Source: Thermoanaerobaculia bacterium
GTDB taxonomy: Bacteria > Acidobacteriota > Thermoanaerobaculia > Multivoradales > JAHEKO01
DNA length: 64,000 bases
Direction: 5' to 3'
Assembly: GCA_041574955.1 (NCBI GenBank)
Contig: JBFGNS010000003.1
Span: 2,640 to 66,639, forward strand
Shown: positions 37,278 through 47,546 of the stretch, piece after piece
Layout of the letters: each line of letters begins with the position of its first letter
Numbering within the stretch: position 1 is the first letter of the stretch
Position numbers and translations under genes: made by a program
The notes under the pieces: model-generated
Seen by the model: the letters and a program-made list of their open reading frames with translations, nothing else
Told to the model about the DNA's origin: nothing
The model's database searches: none

Positions 37278-38600
37278 TCAGCCGGCGCGTTCCGCCAGGG
37301 CGCGCCGCAGCTCGCCCTCGATGGTGCCCGGCTCGACCTCCTCGAGCTCGTAGCGCACGCTGGCGATCGGCTTGTCGGACTCGAGGATCCTGCGCAGCGA
37401 GATCGGCGTGCCCTCGACCACGACGTCCGCCGGGGTGGCCCGGATGGTCGCTTCGAGGTCGCGCACCTGGGCCTCACCGTAGCCCATCGCCGGCAGGATG
37501 CGGCGCGCGTTGGGGTAGGTCTCGTAGGTGCGGCGCAGCGAGCCCTGGGCGTAGGGTGCCGGTGACACGATCTCGGCGGCGCCGTTCTGCTCGGCGGCGA
37601 ACCAGCCGGCGCCGTACTCCATGCCGCCGTGGGTCAGGGTCGGCCCGTCCTCCACCACCAACACCCGCTTGCCGCGGATCAGCTCCGGCCGGTCGACCGA
37701 GATCACCGAGCGGCACTGCACCACCCGCGCCCGCGGGTTGTGGGTGGCGCAGCTGTCGAGCACCCGCGCCAGCCCGTCGGCCGGTGCGGTGTCCACCTTG
37801 TTGACCACGAGCAGGTCGGCGCGCAGCAGGTTGACCCGACCGGGGTAGTAGGTCAGCTCGTGCCCCGGCCGGTGCGGGTCGACGAGCGTCAGCTGCAGGT
37901 CGGGACGGTAGAACGGCGTGTCGTTGTTGCCGCCGTCCCACAGCACCACGTCGGCCTCGGCCTCGGCGCGGCGCAGGATCTCTGCGTAGTCGATGCCGGC
38001 GTAGACAACGAAACCGTTGACCAGGTGGGGCTCGTACTCCTCGCGCTCTTCGATCGTGCAGTCGTACCGGTCGAGGTCCTCGAAGTCGGCGAACCGCTGC
38101 CACGCCTGCCGTGCCAGATCGCCGTAGGGCATCGGGTGGCGCACGATCGCCACCTTGAGCCCCATCTGCTTGAGCAGCCGCGAGACGTAGCGCGTGGTTT
38201 GCGACTTGCCGACCCCGGTGCGCACCGCGGTCACCGCCACCACCGGTTTCCGGCTGTCGATCATGGTGGCGGTCGCCGAGCACAGCACGAAGGCGGCGCC
38301 GGCTGCCACGACGGTGGCGGCGCGCTCCATGAGGTAGTCGTTCGACACGTCCGAGTACGAGAACCACGCCTCGTCGACGCCGTGCTCGACGATCAGCCGC
38401 GCGAGCTCGGCTTCGTCGTGGATCGCGATGCCGTCGGGGTAGCGCGGCCCGGCCAGCGCGGCGGGGTAGACGCGGCCCGCGATGTCGGGGATCTGGGCGG
38501 CGGTGAACGCCACCACCTCGAGCCGGTCGCTGTCGCGACACAGCACGTTGAAGTTGTGGAAGTCGCGCCCCGCGGCGCCCAGGATCAGGATCTTCTTCAT
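37278..38600 (-). CDS. COG2403-type GTPase (cyclic 2,3-diphosphoglycerate-synthetase-like family)
   Basis: N-terminus MKKILILGAAGRDFHNFN; P-loop VRTGVGKSQTT; also shows WDGGNND and VVNKVD. Confidence 0.7.
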   Translation of the reverse strand: MKKILILGAAGRDFHNFNVLCRDSDRLEVVAFTAAQIPDIAGRVYPAALAGPRYPDGIAIHDEAELARLIVEHGVDEAWFSYSDVSNDYLMERAATVVAAGAAFVLCSATATMIDSRKPVVAVTAVRTGVGKSQTTRYVSRLLKQMGLKVAIVRHPMPYGDLARQAWQRFADFEDLDRYDCTIEEREEYEPHLVNGFVVYAGIDYAEILRRAEAEADVVLWDGGNNDTPFYRPDLQLTLVDPHRPGHELTYYPGRVNLLRADLLVVNKVDTAPADGLARVLDSCATHNPRARVVQCRSVISVDRPELIRGKRVLVVEDGPTLTHGGMEYGAGWFAAEQNGAAEIVSPAPYAQGSLRRTYETYPNARRILPAMGYGEAQVRDLEATIRATPADVVVEGTPISLRRILESDKPIASVRYELEEVEPGTIEGELRRALAERAG

Positions 38601-38773
38601 CGCTCGTTCGGCTCCACGGCTGGCGCGAATTGTCCCCCGGCCACGACGGCTTGGCAAACCCCTCGCCCGGCGCGACCGACGGCTGCCCCGGCGGCCGGTT
38701 GCCGCCGCCGGAACCGCGCGAGTAGCATAGGCCCTCCCGCCGGCTGGCGTCCGCCGCCGCGCGCAGGCTTCCG

Positions 38774-39745
38774 ATGAAGCGAATCCTCGTCACCGGTGCG
38801 CTCGGCCAGATCGGCTCGGAGCTGGTGCCGGCGCTGCGGCAGCTGCCCGGGGTCGAGCTGGTGGTGGCGACCGACGTCAAGGTGATGAGCGCCGCCGAGC
38901 TGGCCGGCGAAGGGCCGTTCGAGTACCTGGACTGCACACAGATGCGCCAGATCCAGGATGTCGTCCGGCGCCGCCGCGTGGACACCATCTACCACCTGGC
39001 GGCGCTGCTCTCGGCGGTCGCCGAGGAGAAGCCGCACATGGCCTGGGAGGTCAACATGGGCGGCCTCTACCGGGTGCTCGAGGTGGCCCGCGAGTCGCGC
39101 TGTGCGGTCTTCTTCCCGAGCTCGATCGGCGCCTTCGGTCCCGGCACGCCGCGCCGCGCCACGCCCCAGGACACCGTGCAGCGGCCGACAACGATCTACG
39201 GCGTGACCAAGGTGTCGGGCGAGCTGCTGTGCGACTACTACCACCGCCGCTTCGGCATCGACACCCGCGGCGTTCGCTTTCCCGGGCTGATCTCCCACAG
39301 CGCGCCGCCCGGCGGTGGCACCACCGACTACGCCGTCGAGATCTTCCACGACGCCATCCGCCACGGCCGCTACACCTGCTTTCTCGAGCCCGGCACACGG
39401 CTCGACATGATGTACATGCCCGACGCGATCGGCGCCGCCATCGCCGTGATGCAGGCCGACCCGTCGCGGCTGGTGCACCGCAACGCCTTCAACGTGACGG
39501 CAATGAACTTCACCCCCGAGGAGGTGGCGGCGGAGATCCGCCGCCATCTGCCGGAGTTCACCCTCGATTACGACGTCGACCCGGTGCGGCAGGCGATCGC
39601 CGACTCGTGGCCGGAGTCGCTCGACGACAGCGCCGCCGGCGACGAGTGGGGGTGGCGGCCGCGCTACGACCTGGCGGCGATGACCCGCGAGATGATCGAG
39701 GTGCTGAGCGACCGGCTGCGGGCGCGCCGCGGGCCAGGAGAGTGA
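38774..39745 (+). CDS. tdh: L-threonine 3-dehydrogenase (SDR/epimerase-type)
   Basis: Shows ILVTGALGQIGSEL, IYGVTK (YxxxK) and GGGTTDYAVEIFH. It lies immediately upstream of kbl. Confidence 0.85.
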   Translation: MKRILVTGALGQIGSELVPALRQLPGVELVVATDVKVMSAAELAGEGPFEYLDCTQMRQIQDVVRRRRVDTIYHLAALLSAVAEEKPHMAWEVNMGGLYRVLEVARESRCAVFFPSSIGAFGPGTPRRATPQDTVQRPTTIYGVTKVSGELLCDYYHRRFGIDTRGVRFPGLISHSAPPGGGTTDYAVEIFHDAIRHGRYTCFLEPGTRLDMMYMPDAIGAAIAVMQADPSRLVHRNAFNVTAMNFTPEEVAAEIRRHLPEFTLDYDVDPVRQAIADSWPESLDDSAAGDEWGWRPRYDLAAMTREMIEVLSDRLRARRGPGE

Positions 39746-39746
39746 G

Positions 39747-40979
39747 ATGGCGACCGACCGACTGCATCAGGTGCTGACCGAAGAGCTCGAGGCGATGGAG
39801 CGAGCGGGCACGTCGAAGGGCGCCGAGGCGGTGGTCACCGGCCTCGCGCCGGCGGCCGGCGAGCACGGCCCGCGCTTCCGGCTGGCGGGCGCCGGGGAGC
39901 GCGGCTTCATCCGCATGAACTCCAACAGCTACCTCGGGCTGTCGCTGCGCCCCGAGGTCATCGCCGCCGAGGAGCGGGCGGCGAGGGAGCTGGGCACCGG
40001 GCCGGGCGCGGTGCGCTTCATCAGCGGCACCTACCGCCAGCACGTCGACCTCGAGGCTGGTCTGGCCCGCTTCCACGGCCGCCAGGCGGGGATGATCTTC
40101 AGCTCGGCCTACGCCACCACGCTGGGCGTGCTGGTGCCACTGCTCACCGGTGAGACCGCGGTGATCAGCGACGAGCTCAACCACAACTGCATCATCAACG
40201 CCATCCGGCTGGCGCGGCCGGCGAGCAAGGCGATCTACGCCCACCTCGACCTGGGCGAGCTCGAGCGCCGGCTGGAGGAGGCGGTGGAGGCGGGCGCCCG
40301 GCGGGCGGTGGTGGTCACCGACGGCATCTTCAGCATGCGCGGCGACCACGCGCCGCTGCCCGAGATCGCCGAGCTGGTGGCGCGCTACGACTCCCGTTTC
40401 GCCGAGAACGCCGTGCTGGTGGTCGACGACTCGCACGGCGTCGGCGCGTTCGGCGCCACCGGCCGCGGCACCGAGGAGTTCACCGGCTCGCCACCTGTCG
40501 ATCTGCTGATCGCCACCCTGGGCAAGGCCCTCGGCGTCAACGGCGGCTACGTGGTGGGCGACCGGCGACTCCTCGACTACCTGCGGGAGAGGGCTCCGCT
40601 CTACATCTACTCGAACCCGATCACGCCGGCCGAGGCGGCGGCCGCCTCGGCGGCGCTGGCGGTGCTCGACTCGGCGGCCGGCCGCGAGCTGCTCGACCAC
40701 CTGCGCCGGATGACCGCGCGCTTCAAGGCCGGCCTGGTGGAGCTCGGCTACGAGACCCTGCCCGGCGAGCATCCGGTGGTGCCGCTGATGGTGCGCGACA
40801 CCGCCCGTACGCGCGCGCTGGTGGCTCACCTCAAGCGCCACGGCGTGCTGGCCACCGGGCTGGCCTACCCGGTGGTGCCGCGCGGCGACGAGGAGATCCG
40901 CTTCCAGGTGTCGGCCGACCACACGCCGGCCGACGTCGACGCCGTGCTCGAGGTGCTGGCGTCGTTCGGCGAGCGCTAG
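39747..40979 (+). CDS. kbl: Glycine C-acetyltransferase (2-amino-3-ketobutyrate CoA ligase)
   Basis: Shows NSNSYLGL, DELNHN.II, VVDDSHG and the PLP lysine context ATLGKALG. Confidence 0.9.
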   Translation: MATDRLHQVLTEELEAMERAGTSKGAEAVVTGLAPAAGEHGPRFRLAGAGERGFIRMNSNSYLGLSLRPEVIAAEERAARELGTGPGAVRFISGTYRQHVDLEAGLARFHGRQAGMIFSSAYATTLGVLVPLLTGETAVISDELNHNCIINAIRLARPASKAIYAHLDLGELERRLEEAVEAGARRAVVVTDGIFSMRGDHAPLPEIAELVARYDSRFAENAVLVVDDSHGVGAFGATGRGTEEFTGSPPVDLLIATLGKALGVNGGYVVGDRRLLDYLRERAPLYIYSNPITPAEAAAASAALAVLDSAAGRELLDHLRRMTARFKAGLVELGYETLPGEHPVVPLMVRDTARTRALVAHLKRHGVLATGLAYPVVPRGDEEIRFQVSADHTPADVDAVLEVLASFGER

Positions 40980-40998
40980 CGCCGGCGGCGGGCGGCGG

Positions 40999-41454
40999 CT
41001 AGCGCGCTGTCCGGGGCTCCTGGATCGAGCGCAGGAACTCGACCAACTCGTCGATCTTGCGTTCGGCGCGCTGCTCGTCGGTCTCCTCGGTCCAGGTCGG
41101 CTGCAGGGTCTTCTGGAAGGCGTCGCCCCAGATCGGCATCTCCTTCAGCCCGTGCGCCCGCACCTGCTCGCGGCCGTCGATCAGCGAGCGCACCCGGTCG
41201 GCCGGGTAGCGGCCGTCGTTGCGCTGGGCGATCCCGGTCAGGTCGGCCGGCTCGACGGTGAGCAGCTCGGCCAGCGAGCCGTCGCCGCGCGCCTCGTCAC
41301 CGTGACAGTTGGAGCAGTAGATGCGGAAGGTGACCCGTCCCTTGGCCGCCATCAGCGTCTCTTCCTCGCTAGTGACGGCGCCGGCTGTGGGCAGCAGCGC
41401 CAGGGTGGCGGCCGTCACGGCTACGATCCAGACGGTGGCTTTCAGAGTCTTCAT
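40999..41454 (-). CDS. Secreted mono-haem c-type cytochrome
   Basis: Signal peptide; haem-binding motif CSNCHG; distal MPIW. Shine-Dalgarno sequence GGAGGAA lies 7 nt upstream. Confidence 0.85.
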   Translation of the reverse strand: MKTLKATVWIVAVTAATLALLPTAGAVTSEEETLMAAKGRVTFRIYCSNCHGDEARGDGSLAELLTVEPADLTGIAQRNDGRYPADRVRSLIDGREQVRAHGLKEMPIWGDAFQKTLQPTWTEETDEQRAERKIDELVEFLRSIQEPRTAR

Positions 41455-41512
41455 GGTGTGTTCCTCCACTGGCGGCGGCTCGCTAGCCGCACCGCCGGGC
41501 CGGGGTTCGTCG

Positions 41513-41758
41513 TCAGTCGGCGCGGCGCAGCACGTCGGCCGGGATCTTCCAGCCCACCCGCTCGCCGTTGCAGTAGACCTCGCCGCTGGCATCCGCCTCG
41601 AACTCTACCTCGTCGTCCGACTCCCAGCCGTTGGGCAGGCGCAGGGCGTAGCCGCTCTCGCAGCCGCTGATCAGGAAGCGCTGGCCGTCGGGCGCCTGCC
41701 AGCCGGTCAGCTCGGACTCGTGGTCGAACCGGTCGCGGTAGCGTGGCGATCGCCTCAT
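41513..41758 (-). CDS. Small hypothetical protein (81 aa)
   Basis: High-GC3 codon pattern throughout. GGAGG lies 9 nt upstream of the ATG. No family recognised. Confidence 0.55.
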   Translation of the reverse strand: MRRSPRYRDRFDHESELTGWQAPDGQRFLISGCESGYALRLPNGWESDDEVEFEADASGEVYCNGERVGWKIPADVLRRAD

Positions 41759-41858
41759 CGCAAGTCACCTCCGGAACCCAGCGTAGGCCAGCGGCGGCGG
41801 ACCGTCCACGCGTCGCGGGGTGGGCGGCCCACCCCCAGGTAGGGGCGGCGTGGAGCGC

Positions 41859-42917
41859 TCAGTCGGCACCGCCGCCGACCGGGCTCCAGGCCATGCCGTC
41901 CGGCTCGCGACCGGCGCGCAGCAGGCCGCGCACTGCCAGCGTCCCCGGGTCCAGCACCGCCACCGCGTCGGCCTGGGTGGGCGCCACCCAGGCGACCTCG
42001 CCGCCGGGCGCCATGACCAGCCCCACCGGCACCGGGCTGTCGCCGAACCGGTCGCCGAACAGCCGCCGCTCGAAGCCCGGCACGGTGCTCAGGTCGAGCT
42101 GAGCGCGCCGCAGCTCGCGCCGCGCGGCGCGGTCGAACTGCACCACCTCGCCCGATCTGGCCGCCGACACCAGCACACGCGAGCCGTCGGGCGTCACGCG
42201 AACGCGGATCGGGAAGCCCGCGCACGGTACGGTGGCGACCACCTCCAGGCTGTCCGGATCGATCACCGACAGGGTGTCGGCGGCGCGGTTGCCGACCCAC
42301 ACCTCGCGCCCGTCCGGGCTGATGTCGATGCCCTCGGCGCCGGCGCCGGTGGCCACGTCGGCCAGCTTCACCCCGGCCTCGAGGTCGACGGCGGTCACCG
42401 TGCCGGAGCCGATGTTGGCGACGAACGCACGCCGCCCGTCGGGCGTCGCCGCCACCATGTGCGAGATCCGCTGGCCGGTCTCGACCGCGGCCCGGATGGT
42501 GCCGTCGGCAGGCTTCACCACCAGCAGGTGGGCGCTGCCCTCGGCGGTCACCGCCAGCTCGCCGGAGGGCAGCCAGGCGAGGCCGTGCGGCCGCGTGTGC
42601 TCGCCCAGCTCGATGGTGCGCACCACCTCGGCGGCGGCCACGTCGATCACCGTCAGGCTGGCGCCCGGCTGCTCGCGGTCGCCGTAGTTGCTGACCACCG
42701 CGGTGGCGCCGTCGGGCGAGACGGCGATCTCGTGCGGCCCGTGGCCGGTGGGCAGGGTGGCTCGCGACTCGCCGCTGGCGGGGTCCAGCAGGTCCACCGT
42801 GGCGTCGGACTTGTTGGCCACCAGCAGGGTGTCGGCGCCGGCCGCCGGCGCCAGGCAGCCGACCGCCACCGCCGCTGCCGCGAGCTTGCTCGAGCGCCTT
42901 CTGCTCGGGGTCTTCAT
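41859..42917 (-). CDS. Secreted YVTN/YncE-like beta-propeller repeat protein
   Basis: Signal peptide. Repeated motifs of the type GPHEIAVSPDG, AFVANIGSGTVTAVD, IDISPDGREVWVGN and VRVTPDGSRVLVS. Confidence 0.8.
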   Translation of the reverse strand: MKTPSRRRSSKLAAAAVAVGCLAPAAGADTLLVANKSDATVDLLDPASGESRATLPTGHGPHEIAVSPDGATAVVSNYGDREQPGASLTVIDVAAAEVVRTIELGEHTRPHGLAWLPSGELAVTAEGSAHLLVVKPADGTIRAAVETGQRISHMVAATPDGRRAFVANIGSGTVTAVDLEAGVKLADVATGAGAEGIDISPDGREVWVGNRAADTLSVIDPDSLEVVATVPCAGFPIRVRVTPDGSRVLVSAARSGEVVQFDRAARRELRRAQLDLSTVPGFERRLFGDRFGDSPVPVGLVMAPGGEVAWVAPTQADAVAVLDPGTLAVRGLLRAGREPDGMAWSPVGGGAD

Positions 42918-42956
42918 GGGCCGAGCATACGCGAGGTGGGGCGGTAGACTCCGGCG

Positions 42957-44351
42957 ATGGACCTGCGCCGCCTGCTGGACGGGGCCGTCGGCCGGCTGGT
43001 GACATTTCGCGACGGGGTGCGCGGGCGGCGGATCACGCCGGCGGCGGGCGCGGCGGAGATCCGGCGCCACCTGGCCCGCCAGTACGGCGAGTTCGCCACG
43101 CCGGTGCCGCCGGAGCGGCTGCTCGACGACGTCGCAGCGATGATGTCGGAGTGGAACCTGCACGTCACCCATCCGCGCTACTTCGGCCTGTTCAACCCGC
43201 CAGTCTTCCCGGCGGCGGTCGCCGCCGACCTGCTGGTGGCCGGCTTCAACCCGCAGCTCGCCGCCTGGTCGCACGCGCCGGCGGCCAACGAGATCGAGCG
43301 CCATACCCTGCGCTACCTGGCCGGCCGGCTGGGTCTCGATGCGGAGCGCACCGCCGCCAGCTTCGCCAGCGGCGGCGCCGAGGCCAACCACTCGGCGCTG
43401 CTGGTGGCGCTGACCGACGGCCTGCCCGGGTTCCGCGACTCGGGCCTGGCCGGGGCGAACGAACGGCCGGTGGTCTACGTTACCTCCGAGAGCCACCACT
43501 CGATCGAGAAGGCGGCCCATCTGAGCGGGCTCGGACGGCGGGCTGTGAGGACGGTGGCCACCGATCCCGACCTGCGGATGAGCGTCGTGTCGCTCGCCGA
43601 GGCGGTGGCGGGCGACCGCCGGCAGGGCCGCCGGCCGCTGGTGGTGGTCGGCACCGCCGGTACCACCGCCGGCGGCACCGTCGATCCTCTGGCCGAGCTC
43701 GCCGGGCTGTGCGAGGCGGAGGGGCTGTGGTTCCACGTCGACGCCGCCTGGGGCGGGGCGGCGTGCCTGTCGCCGCGGCTGGCGCCGGTGCTCGTCGGCA
43801 TCGAGCGCGCCGATTCGGTGACCTGGGACGCGCACAAGTGGCTGTCGGTGCCGATGGGCGGCGGCATGTTCTTCTGTAGCCGGCCAGGAGCGGTGGAGCG
43901 TACCTTCGGCACCCGCACCGGCTACATGCCGCTCGACGTCGACAGCACCGCCGATCCCTACTCGACCACCATCCAGTGGTCCCGCCGTCACATCGGGCTC
44001 AAGCTGTTCCTGAGCCTGGCGGCGCTGGGCGCCGACGGCTACCGCCGGGCGATCGAGCACCAGGCCGAGATCGGCGAGCGCCTGCGCCGCGAGCTCGAGC
44101 TGCGCGGCTGGCGGATCGTCAACCGTACGCCGCTGCCGGTGGTGTGCTTCAGCCGTGGCGAGATCGACCGCGGGACGCTCTCCGCCGGGGAGCTGGCGGC
44201 GCGGCTGGCCGAGCGCAACTTCTGGGTATCGCCGGTGAGCCTGGCGGGCGGCCGGCCGGTGCTGCGGGCGTGTATCACCAGCTACGAGACCACCGCCGAG
44301 GACGTCGCCGAGCTGGCCGAGGCGGCGACCACCGCGGTCGCCGCCGGCTAG
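42957..44351 (+). CDS. Group II pyridoxal-dependent decarboxylase
   Basis: Shows GGAEANH, HVDAAWGG and the PLP-lysine context SVTWDAHKW. Confidence 0.85.
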   Translation: MDLRRLLDGAVGRLVTFRDGVRGRRITPAAGAAEIRRHLARQYGEFATPVPPERLLDDVAAMMSEWNLHVTHPRYFGLFNPPVFPAAVAADLLVAGFNPQLAAWSHAPAANEIERHTLRYLAGRLGLDAERTAASFASGGAEANHSALLVALTDGLPGFRDSGLAGANERPVVYVTSESHHSIEKAAHLSGLGRRAVRTVATDPDLRMSVVSLAEAVAGDRRQGRRPLVVVGTAGTTAGGTVDPLAELAGLCEAEGLWFHVDAAWGGAACLSPRLAPVLVGIERADSVTWDAHKWLSVPMGGGMFFCSRPGAVERTFGTRTGYMPLDVDSTADPYSTTIQWSRRHIGLKLFLSLAALGADGYRRAIEHQAEIGERLRRELELRGWRIVNRTPLPVVCFSRGEIDRGTLSAGELAARLAERNFWVSPVSLAGGRPVLRACITSYETTAEDVAELAEAATTAVAAG

Positions 44352-44372
44352 CGTGCCGTCCGCCCCGGCGGG

Positions 44373-45734
44373 CTACTTGTAGCGCACGCCGCGGCGGATC
44401 ACCAGGTCGACGTCGCGCAGCAGGTTGATGTAGCGCAGCACGTCGCCGCGCACCGCGATGATGTCGGCGTACTTGCCCTCGCTCACCGTGCCCACCTGGT
44501 CGGCGACGCCCTGCAGCACAGCCGGCCAGTAGGTGGCGGCGCGGATCGCCGCCATCGGCTCCACGCCCAGCTCGCGCACCCAGATGTCGAGCTCGTTCCA
44601 CGTCGACTGGCTGTGGAACTTCATCGGGATGCCGCTGTCGGTGCCGACCAGCAGGACCACGCCGGACTCGCGGAGCTGATCGAACTTGCGCTTCAGGGTC
44701 GGCTTGCGCGCCGGGGTGATCTGGAAGTACGGCAGCCGGTCCGGGTGGCGGATCGACTGGCGGATGTCGGCGATGATCTCCTCGGTCAGTCCCAGCTTCC
44801 ACGACGGGTCGTCGAGGTGCTCGCGGTTGTCGCGCACATAGTCGTAGTTGAACAGCCCCTCGACGGTCGGCGTCCAGAACAGCGGGCCGAGGTTCATCTG
44901 GGCGGTGCGCTCGCGGATGGCGGCGACCACCGCCGGCGGGTAGTCGGGCGCCGTCGCCAGACCGGTGTGCTCGAAGCAGTCGACGCCAGCCGCCAGGCCG
45001 CGCAGGATCTCCTCGGGCCGGTGGCCGTGGGCGGCGACCGTCAGGCCGTGGCGGTGCGCCTCGTCGACCACCGCTCGCACCTCGTCCATCGTCATCTGGT
45101 CCTGGTCGATCAGCTTGACGACGTCGACCCCCGCCTCCGCCAGCCGCCTCACCTTGGCGCGCGCGTCGGCGGCGCCGTCGACGCCCCAGCGGAACAGCTC
45201 GGTTCCCGGGTAGGGGGCCTTCTGGATGAACGGTCCCGACACGTACATCGTCGGGCCGGGGATCTCGCCGGCCAGGATCCGATCGCGCACCCGGATGCTG
45301 GCCTCGAGCGGCGCGCCCAGGTCGCGCGCGCTGGTGACCCCGGCCAGCAGCAGCTGATGGGCCGAGGCCGGCATGATCACCGACTCGAACAGCGGCGGGT
45401 AGGTGCGGTCCCAGTGGCCGTAGTCGGCGTGACCGTTGATCATCAGGTGGACGTGCATGTCCCACAACCCGGGCAGCACGCTCATCCCCTCGGTCGAGAC
45501 CAGCTCGGCCTCGGGCGGCACGGGCAGGGTGCCGACCGTGCCGACGGCGCGGATCCGCTCGCCCTCGATCAGGACGACGCTGTCGGCCAGCGGTGCGCCG
45601 CCGAAGCCGTCGATCAGGGTGCCGCCGACCAGCGCCGTCAGCCGCGGCTCGGCCGCCACCGCCGGCCCGGTCGCGGTTGCCACCAGGCAGGCCGCCACGG
45701 CGTGCGCGGCCAGCCAGCGCCGCGCCCGGCTCAC
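44373..45734 (-). CDS. Secreted amidohydrolase-family metallohydrolase
   Basis: Signal peptide; LPGLWDMHVHL (HxH); also VAAHGH, EHT and VGTDSG. GTG at 45734 overlaps the upstream TGA (GTGA). Confidence 0.8.
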   Translation of the reverse strand: MSRARRWLAAHAVAACLVATATGPAVAAEPRLTALVGGTLIDGFGGAPLADSVVLIEGERIRAVGTVGTLPVPPEAELVSTEGMSVLPGLWDMHVHLMINGHADYGHWDRTYPPLFESVIMPASAHQLLLAGVTSARDLGAPLEASIRVRDRILAGEIPGPTMYVSGPFIQKAPYPGTELFRWGVDGAADARAKVRRLAEAGVDVVKLIDQDQMTMDEVRAVVDEAHRHGLTVAAHGHRPEEILRGLAAGVDCFEHTGLATAPDYPPAVVAAIRERTAQMNLGPLFWTPTVEGLFNYDYVRDNREHLDDPSWKLGLTEEIIADIRQSIRHPDRLPYFQITPARKPTLKRKFDQLRESGVVLLVGTDSGIPMKFHSQSTWNELDIWVRELGVEPMAAIRAATYWPAVLQGVADQVGTVSEGKYADIIAVRGDVLRYINLLRDVDLVIRRGVRYK

Positions 45735-46657
45735 GGCGCCGCCATCTCCTCGAGGATCCTCCAGGCGCCGTCCTCGAGCACCAGCACCAGCCGCTTGCGG
45801 ACCTCGTCCTGGAAGACGTCGGAGTCGTAGGTCTGGACGAAGCTGGCCACCACCCGATCGGGAGCCTCGACCTCCACCTCGAGCTGCGACAGGCCGACGG
45901 TGATGAACCGGGGCCGCAGCAGCCGCTCGCGGCGGAGCTCCTGCCAGGCGGTGCGGCTCAGGCCGTCGGCGGGCTGGAACCGGCGCGAGTAGAACGACAG
46001 GTAGTCGCCCGGCTGCTGGCCGGACCACGCCGCCGCCCAGGCCTGGACGGCGGCGGTGGCCTCGGCCACCGACGGCCGGTCGTCCTCGGCCACTAGTGGA
46101 TCTGCCGGCACGGGTTCGTCCTGCATGGGGGGCTGGGGTTGCCGGGTGTCGGGTGGCGGCACCGGCACCGGAACGAGCTCAGGCGGTGACTGCCGAAGGG
46201 CGACCGGCGCGCGCACCCTCACCCTGTCGGCCGCGGCCGGAGCGGCGGAGGGCGCCGCGGCCGGAGCGGTGCGCTCGGCCAGATCTTGCCGGCAGCGCTC
46301 GAGCTCGGCCTCGGCTTCGGCGAGTCGTGCCGACAGCTCGGCGACGCGTTCACGAGCCGCAGCCAGCTCGTCCGAGACGTTGGCGGTGAACGAGCCGCCC
46401 TCCGCGGCCTCGCGGTAGCGTCCCTCCCACTCGGCCGCCTCCTGGCGCGCCTCTCCCAACTCACGGGTCGCCTCGCGCAGCCGCTCGCGGGTCGCCTCGA
46501 AGCTGCGGCGGGTCTCTGCCAGCTCCTGCTCCAGCCTGCCGCTCTCGGTCTGATCCTGCGGTCCCGCGCTCACTGCCGCCGGCCACAGCGCGGCGGCGAG
46601 CGCCGCTACCAGTGCCAGGTGGCGTGCCGTTTCTACCGTAGCCGTGCGCCGCGACAT
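45731..46657 (-). CDS. Secreted coiled-coil protein with C-terminal NTF2-like (Cds6-type) domain
   Basis: Signal peptide; heptad-rich E/R/A segment; Pro-rich linker. The C-terminus shows AVQAWAAAWSGQQPGDYLSFYSRRF...WQELRRER. Confidence 0.6.
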   Translation of the reverse strand: MSRRTATVETARHLALVAALAAALWPAAVSAGPQDQTESGRLEQELAETRRSFEATRERLREATRELGEARQEAAEWEGRYREAAEGGSFTANVSDELAAARERVAELSARLAEAEAELERCRQDLAERTAPAAAPSAAPAAADRVRVRAPVALRQSPPELVPVPVPPPDTRQPQPPMQDEPVPADPLVAEDDRPSVAEATAAVQAWAAAWSGQQPGDYLSFYSRRFQPADGLSRTAWQELRRERLLRPRFITVGLSQLEVEVEAPDRVVASFVQTYDSDVFQDEVRKRLVLVLEDGAWRILEEMAAP

Positions 46658-46727
46658 GCTGGGTGTCCTCCCTCGGCCGGTGATTCTAGCCTGCCCGGTC
46701 GAAGCCCGCCCGGCCGCCCCGGGGCGG

Positions 46728-47408
46728 TCAAGCGTCGAGGTTCTCGAGGAACCGCTCGAGCTGCCGGAGCGCGGCCTCCGACGGCTCGAGATAGGTGACG
46801 GCGAACCCCTCGACCCCTTCGCGCTGCGCGCTGCAGCGGCGCACCAGCTCGGCCTCGAAGGCGAGCGGCGCGCCGCCGCCGGGCAGTTCGAGCTCGAGCG
46901 ATACGCGAGCGCCCAGCGGCGGCGACTCACCGGCGGCCACCCGTGCGCCCGACGAGGAGATGTCGACGGTACGGCCTTCGGTCGGGCCCGGTTGGAGACG
47001 GGCCGGCACGCTGACCCGGTAGCGGGTGGCGGCGCGGATCTCGCCGAGGTAGCGCGCCGCCGCCGCCGCCAGCCGGTGCTCCGGCTGCTCGATCGCCACC
47101 GCCTCCAGCCGGGGGTCGCGGTGGAACGGATCGAGCTCCGCCAGCCGGTGCCGGCGGGTCAGCACCAGAAGCTGGCTGTCGCGGCACCGCGAGGCTGGGT
47201 GGCGGATAGCCTCGTGGACCTCGTCGAAGTCGGCGTCGGGCAGAGGCAGCACCAGGATGATCAGATCGAACGGAATCTGCCGCACCATGTCGCGGGCGGC
47301 GAGCGCCGCCGGCACCCGGTGCATCTCGAACTCGGAGCGGCGCAGGAACCTGCCGGTCTCCGCCAGCGAGTCCGAGTCTCCGACAGCGAGGATGCGTTTC
47401 GGGGCCAT
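46728..47408 (-). CDS. Pseudo-receiver + PilZ domain protein (c-di-GMP binding candidate)
   Basis: REC-like ILAVGDSD...DLIILVLPLP, with Val where the phospho-acceptor Asp is expected. PilZ motifs RAATR (RxxxR) and DISSSG (DxSxxG). Confidence 0.7.
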   Translation of the reverse strand: MAPKRILAVGDSDSLAETGRFLRRSEFEMHRVPAALAARDMVRQIPFDLIILVLPLPDADFDEVHEAIRHPASRCRDSQLLVLTRRHRLAELDPFHRDPRLEAVAIEQPEHRLAAAAARYLGEIRAATRYRVSVPARLQPGPTEGRTVDISSSGARVAAGESPPLGARVSLELELPGGGAPLAFEAELVRRCSAQREGVEGFAVTYLEPSEAALRQLERFLENLDA

Positions 47409-47546
47409 GCGGAAGGTAAGCGAGCGCGCCAGCGTAGCGTATACGAGTGCTTGGCGCCGGCCGCACGGCGAGCGCATCCTTGGCACTCCCAGGGGCCGGC
47501 GGCGCGGGGGCCGCCGGGTATGATGCCGGCAAGGAGGTACAGACCG

